Below the pieces are notes generated by a model. The model was not told where the DNA came from. It searched no databases and was given only the letters and a program-made list of their open reading frames with translations. A stretch of 64,000 bases of DNA from Pocillopora damicornis (lineage: Eukaryota): assembly GCF_003704095.1 (NCBI RefSeq), contig NW_020846686.1, forward strand, positions 124,001-188,000, in the 5' to 3' direction. The translations under genes and the position numbers were made by a program. How positions within the stretch are numbered: position 1 is the stretch's first letter; the number at the start of each line of letters is the position of its first letter. Below, one piece after another: positions 58,702 through 64,000 of the stretch.

Positions 58702-61446
58702 ACTGTTGAGAGAATTTAACATGCATCATGAAACTGGGAACTGAGAGTTATGGAGGTCTCACAAATAAATTGTGTTTACGATTGCACTGCAAACTAGACC
58801 CTTTAACCGCTAGAAGTGGCAGGCATCTATAATCAAACATTAAGGTCATGAGCATGAAAGAAATAATCGCTTACGAAAGCAGCTCTTGAGTGTTAAACAA
58901 ATTCACCTTGAGTCATGAAGTCGTGAAATCGTGAGACAAACGAACATAGTTCATGTCCTAAATTTTTCTTGTTAGGAACATTGAAAAACTATAGAAAACA
59001 GTCTGGAAAATATGCATACTGATGGAGGACTTTTAGGGTAATACAGAGGAACTGCAACTTGTGCACTTATTTCAATAATTTTTCTTGTCGATTTACAGCT
59101 AGTTAAAATGAAGGTTGATATGAACGATAACCAAAAAAGTAGGGAATTAGGCGACATAAAGGTCTCTCTGTTCAGTTGCTTCATGTAAAACATTTCGCAC
59201 AGTGAACTCGGTTTAACAGTACAGTTAAATAACGCTTTTAAGTGTACACCCTTCAGTTAAATATCGACGGCTTCAAGGTTTGAGACCCCTCGAACTTAAA
59301 ATTAAACTAAACACGTAAACAAACCCTAATACCAAATCTAATATGACATAAAAACAAATACAGCTGCCCATCATGAACACATAAAATTAATACTTCCCAA
59401 ATTATTTACATCCTTACCTTTGTCAGTCTTGCAATTAATTCTCTAACCCATTTTCAAGTGTTGAGGCGTTTCGATATTAACGACGTTTAAATCGCAGATG
59501 ATAGAGTTTGAATACCTGAAAGTGTTCCAGTGATGAATAGTTGATAGAATTTGTGGAAAAGGGAGATTTGTAATTACACTTTCATTTTATGAGGATGTGT
59601 ATTTGAACTTACACTGTATGGTATGTATATATATTTTACCGATTCGTGGGAACCTCATCCTGACGAATTTCATCTAAATTTGCTTAATCACCTGACGGTG
59701 GCAATTCCTTTACGGGTTTCCAATTGATTCACTTTAACGCATGGTTTCCTTTAAAAGATGTGAATAGCTGAAATGAAGGATGCTTCATGGGATTTTCGCC
59801 CTTACAACAGAAAAGTAGGTCAAGCGCACATGATTCGGGTATATTATTCCATGAACGCCTCCTTTTCAGCTTGCATGCAGATTTCAGTATGAAAAATTAT
59901 TTTAGTTTTTCGCAGAGACATCATCGCATTGCATTACATTTTTGTGGCCAATTATATGACTACGATGGATATGGCTGTCACCCTGCTAGAAGTCCCACGG
60001 ATCTCTGGGATCTTTTGTAGGTTACGATGAACTGCCTAAATTTTGCAAAATATAACGGTAACTTCCTTAACCACATGTTAAAGCTTGAAAGTGATTTTTA
60101 AAGAGGTGAGGACTGCTTATGATGGAATTGCAATGACATGAGCACGTAATAACATTGGCTGTTGTTAACATTCCTGTAGGATATGAGTAAATCAAGAGAG
60201 TTTTAATGCAGCCATTTCAGACGTGCGGCGATTTCAAATCCCGTGTTTGGTTGATGTGAAATAATAATTCTAAGGTGATTTCGCACGCCTAATACCTGAA
60301 AAAAATTAGGCAGGTAAGAGTAGTGTAAAAGTGTCAATACCTGAAAAGGCCGGTAGGATACTGGAGATGTTACTCGCCCGGACTGATATGTCTAGACTTG
60401 CAAGGGTATGACCATAGACGTCAATCTTTCAGCAAGTAACATTTTATTTTCAAATGGTTGATTAAAGTTAATTACTACTTGATTTCTTCAAGATACTTAA
60501 TTTTCCTTATTCTTGCCAACCAATGTATCCTAGACACTTTTTTTTCCTTATGTTATGAGACACTGTTCAGCGAGCCTTAAGCTTTGTAGCAGGCGTTAAA
60601 TTAAACGGACAAGAAAGTGAAGAAATAAAATCCCACTCCACTAACTTCCTCTTCATCGCATCACTTCTCGACTCGTCTTCTTTTCCTGTTTCACGTCTGC
60701 TACTCACTGAGGCGTGTAAGTGGGGTCAGAGATAGGCTTCGTCTTCTTGAAAAGGGGTAACGCTAAGATTTTTTAAGATGTGACTGACATGTAGAGTCAG
60801 CGCAAGGCCGCTTGGCTTTGATGCTTATAAAATGCAATAGTGATAACATTTGGGACCAATTAAAACAACCCTCCCGATTTGACGAAATCGAGAAATTCGA
60901 CGACCACCCAAAAGAAAAATACTTTGACTAATGGTTTGCCTTTGACGACGGTTTTATAGAGTACCTGGTAAACTGCGAGGAGAACAACTTTAAGAGAAAG
61001 AACAATCTTGTGTTCTTGTCGCAAGTTTCTTCTTAAACAGAGTTTAAAGAAAACTTGGACGAGCACGTGGCCATAAAAGCGCCTAAAAGATTTTTCGCTG
61101 ATATTTTGTAAGGTTTGAGGTATTCAGACACTGGTTTTGTGTTGTAGACATAAGGAAACAATTTTTTTGCGACGGATCTTCAACTTTCAATTCAACTGTC
61201 AGTTCCAAGTGGTATGTAAAAAGTAACACACGCGCTTCTATCAAACTGAATATGATCTCGTTTTCAGTTCCTTTATGGAAACTGTGATATATTTCCTCTT
61301 ATAAAGAGCCTTTAGGGTCCATGTAAACGGTATTTTCGATGTGCAGCACCTAATCCAAACGTGTAAGCTGCAAAAAGCCACTGGCGGACATCTATTTAAA
61401 TATGACTAGCTCAGACAAACATGATTAGCAGCGCTTCCCTGCTTTC

Positions 61447-64000
61447 CTAACTCTGTGATTCAGGTATATGGATGTTGCTTTTCTCCTTATGTCTTAAGTT
61501 TCCAGGCGGATCATAAAGTGCAACCACAACAGTGTGCTTTCCATCCAAGCTTTTTGCTTCCCCAATTCCGAGCCACTTCGAATCTCTCCATATAAGTTGA
61601 GTAAAGTGCCTGGTAGACTTGTCGATCATTGGATCGTCGAAGTTGTAGCTCTTGACTTCGCTATACCAGTCAGCGGTAGCTTTCTCGGCAGCGATGTCGT
61701 AACTGTGCCACAGACGGGCCACGTTAATACCGATATGCTCCTTTTTCAAGTCCGTTAAATGGATTGAATTATCTGCTAAATGTTTAGCGATTTCCTGAGC
61801 CTTAGAGGCCAAACGCTTGGACCACTTCAGAGGAGGACTTCCGTGCCATGTTCTAAACTTGTTATGTAAACGAAGACCAGCTCTCCCTAGTTGCTCTGAC
61901 AAAATTCAAGAAATGGCATTTAAGATTAAATATCACTCATGCAGCATCTTTCTTCCGAAATGGCGTAATATCATTCTAAATCGACCGAGGAAAATAAAGC
62001 CTAAGATTGACAGCAAAGAAGTGAGAGATAAATTACGGTGTTTTTTCAGAGATGAAAAATGAATCAGTTTTAAATTTATCCGGTCTTATTTTGTATACCT
62101 CATTATCATTATAATCTAATTTATATGTATAATTATGTTAGCAAAGGATGTATAATCCAAATGCTTATGAGCAGTTTGACATTACCGGTTTCCTGCTCTT
62201 TTTCCCTGGAAGTGAGTCTTACCGGGACATGGGTGCATGAAACAGGCCCTGCTTTCTGTTCTGTATCCCTTACACTGTCTTCCCTGGCAGAACTGAGCTC
62301 TAGCTTGAATACCTTGACCACAGGTCACTGAACATGGCGACCAAGAATCCTTCACACCTGTGCAGAAAGTATAGAATTAAGCATCCTTCGATTGAAAACA
62401 GCCTATCTATCGTGGCCTGTGACCAAAACCTGTACTAGTTAAAGTATTTCACTATGGTTCAAAAGTTTGACCATATCAGTTTTCTAGGGCTACGTTCCTG
62501 GACTTTAATAAAAGTAAAGGAATTTTTTCCGTGTAATTGAAACCAAAAGCAGTCTTCACCTTTTCCCTTAAGTTGTCAAAGACGCCTTGTATATTTTTTT
62601 AGGTTTGATTGACCTTTTAATTTTGCTTTGGCAGAAATTACAGAAGTAGCCCCCGATGAAGTAATAATTTTCCAAACATGCTGATTGATTAAAAAAATTT
62701 CCGATTACCGGCATAGTTGGAAGCTTAAGTCGTTTCAAAACCTTACAACTTTCTGATGAAAATAGCTTGGATATTTTTTGCCGGCACATTTACATGATGG
62801 TAGTTAATATTTTTGATTCTAACCATTTTCCAACTTCCTATTGGTGGATGATCTCGTTACGTCGTGGTCCGGTCTAAAGCTGAGTCTTGCCCTGTTTTCA
62901 GGATGGTCCTCGAAAAACCTAGATGGCCTCAAAAAGCTTTTCAAGGACAAAAACTTGTGCTTTTCTTCACCTTCCCGCAATCTTGAGCTTAGAGGAAATA
63001 TATCTGGTGGGGGAGATTGTCCTACCCCGGCAAATGATATTCTGTCTAGTTCATTGTATTTGGTTGGAGATATTTGTTTAAAACCGTGCACTGCAGTCGG
63101 ACTTCTTTGATTCTCGCCAACGTTGCGACCTCTGGTTGGGCTCACAGAGGGTAGATCTGCCTCGTGAAAAAGACCCTCATTATGTTCCCAATCATTGCCG
63201 TTATTTAATTTGGAATTCGTTTTTCCCAGAATCTGCCAGCTAAGCATATTTGTTGTCAAATCGTCATCCAAACCTTTAATCATATTTCCTTTCTTAGAGA
63301 ATTCTCTTCCTGGATCTGTTTGGCTTTCCCAGAGATAACGGTTCATTTCGTCAGCATCTGTTGCTATTTGTGGCTTATAGTTGTTATATTCTTTCATTTT
63401 GGGAAACGTTCCACTTTTAATAGTTTTTTTTGGATCCGATTCCGTTAATGTGACATTGCCAGGTATTTTAAGAACTAGCGATCCGTCATTACTAGTTCCA
63501 GCTTTAAAACTAACAGGTTTTCCAGCACCAGATATTTTAAGTGTCACATAACTATCATTTGGTGAGTCTGTTTCTTTAGATTGCAAAGCGTTTCTAAATA
63601 GCGTTTTGCTATTTGGGATATCTGCGGACTGATCTTTCATCATTCGAGATGGCGTAGGAGGACCACCTCGAGAAACTTGTCCTTGAATATGTAGGTTGTC
63701 TTCATTTGTTGTGCTTAGTGGTTGTTGCTCATTGATCATTATGCTTTTCGAAGATATCTTCCCTGACGTTAAAACGTTTCCTTGCGATGGTAATGTAGGC
63801 AAATGATAACTGATCACGTTAGGGTTAGCCGTCATCAGTGTTTTCACTTGACTGAGAAAAGGTGACAGAGTTGTTGCTTGTTTAGTTGCAAGCAAAGAGC
63901 TAATTGCCGCATCATTTTGTTCAATTTTTTCTCCCATCACTTTCTTGAGAAAGTCTTGCTTAAGATGGTCTTCGCTCTGGTGATCTGAGTCGTTTCGATG
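61447..64000 (-). CDS. Low-complexity + TSP1 + CAP protein; 3' part, 5' end beyond the window
   Basis: Exons 62824->64000 (open to the window edge), 62223-62357 (TSP1: DSWSPCSVTCGQGIQARAQFCQGRQC..RACFMHPCP) and 61447-61895 (CAP: HNKFRTWH..PLKW, WYSE, HFTQLIW, VVALYDPPGN). Phase-1 introns. Confidence 0.88.

Overview
Intron-rich, AT-rich eukaryotic DNA. It is most likely an anthozoan cnidarian (stony coral), an inference from repeat style and gene content. Hand splicing on GT-AG sites with consistent phases gives: (1) the 5' part of a Tks4/Tks5-type PX-SH3 adaptor (SH3PXD2, minus, 1-7631); (2) an orphan 133-aa secreted protein with an Arg-rich tail (12184-13131); (3) a DUSP1-class MAP kinase phosphatase (19400-22109) with a CRE-MEF2-TATA promoter and an ARE-rich 3'UTR; (4) a 14-exon ERGIC1 (24354-30882) with a perfect ERSE in its promoter; (5) an intronless coiled-coil ORF; (6) a decayed ~3.3-kb TIR transposon carrying a RAG1/Transib-type DDE transposase and a convergent second gene (33895-37214); (7) a 19-exon, ~769-aa gene not recognisable from the ORF track (37884-49273); (8) three tandem CAP (GAPR-1-type) genes on the minus strand, two with a signal-peptide exon in the window and two with TSP1. 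Gene 7 is the most novel item. It fuses an apparently dead PNKP-type kinase and an apparently dead HAD phosphatase, in the reverse of the animal PNKP order, to a SWIM zinc finger and an MRI/CYREN-like helix. The SH3PXD2-DUSP1-ERGIC1 order matches human chr5q35. Three assembly gaps are present. All gene models are manual and lack transcript support.
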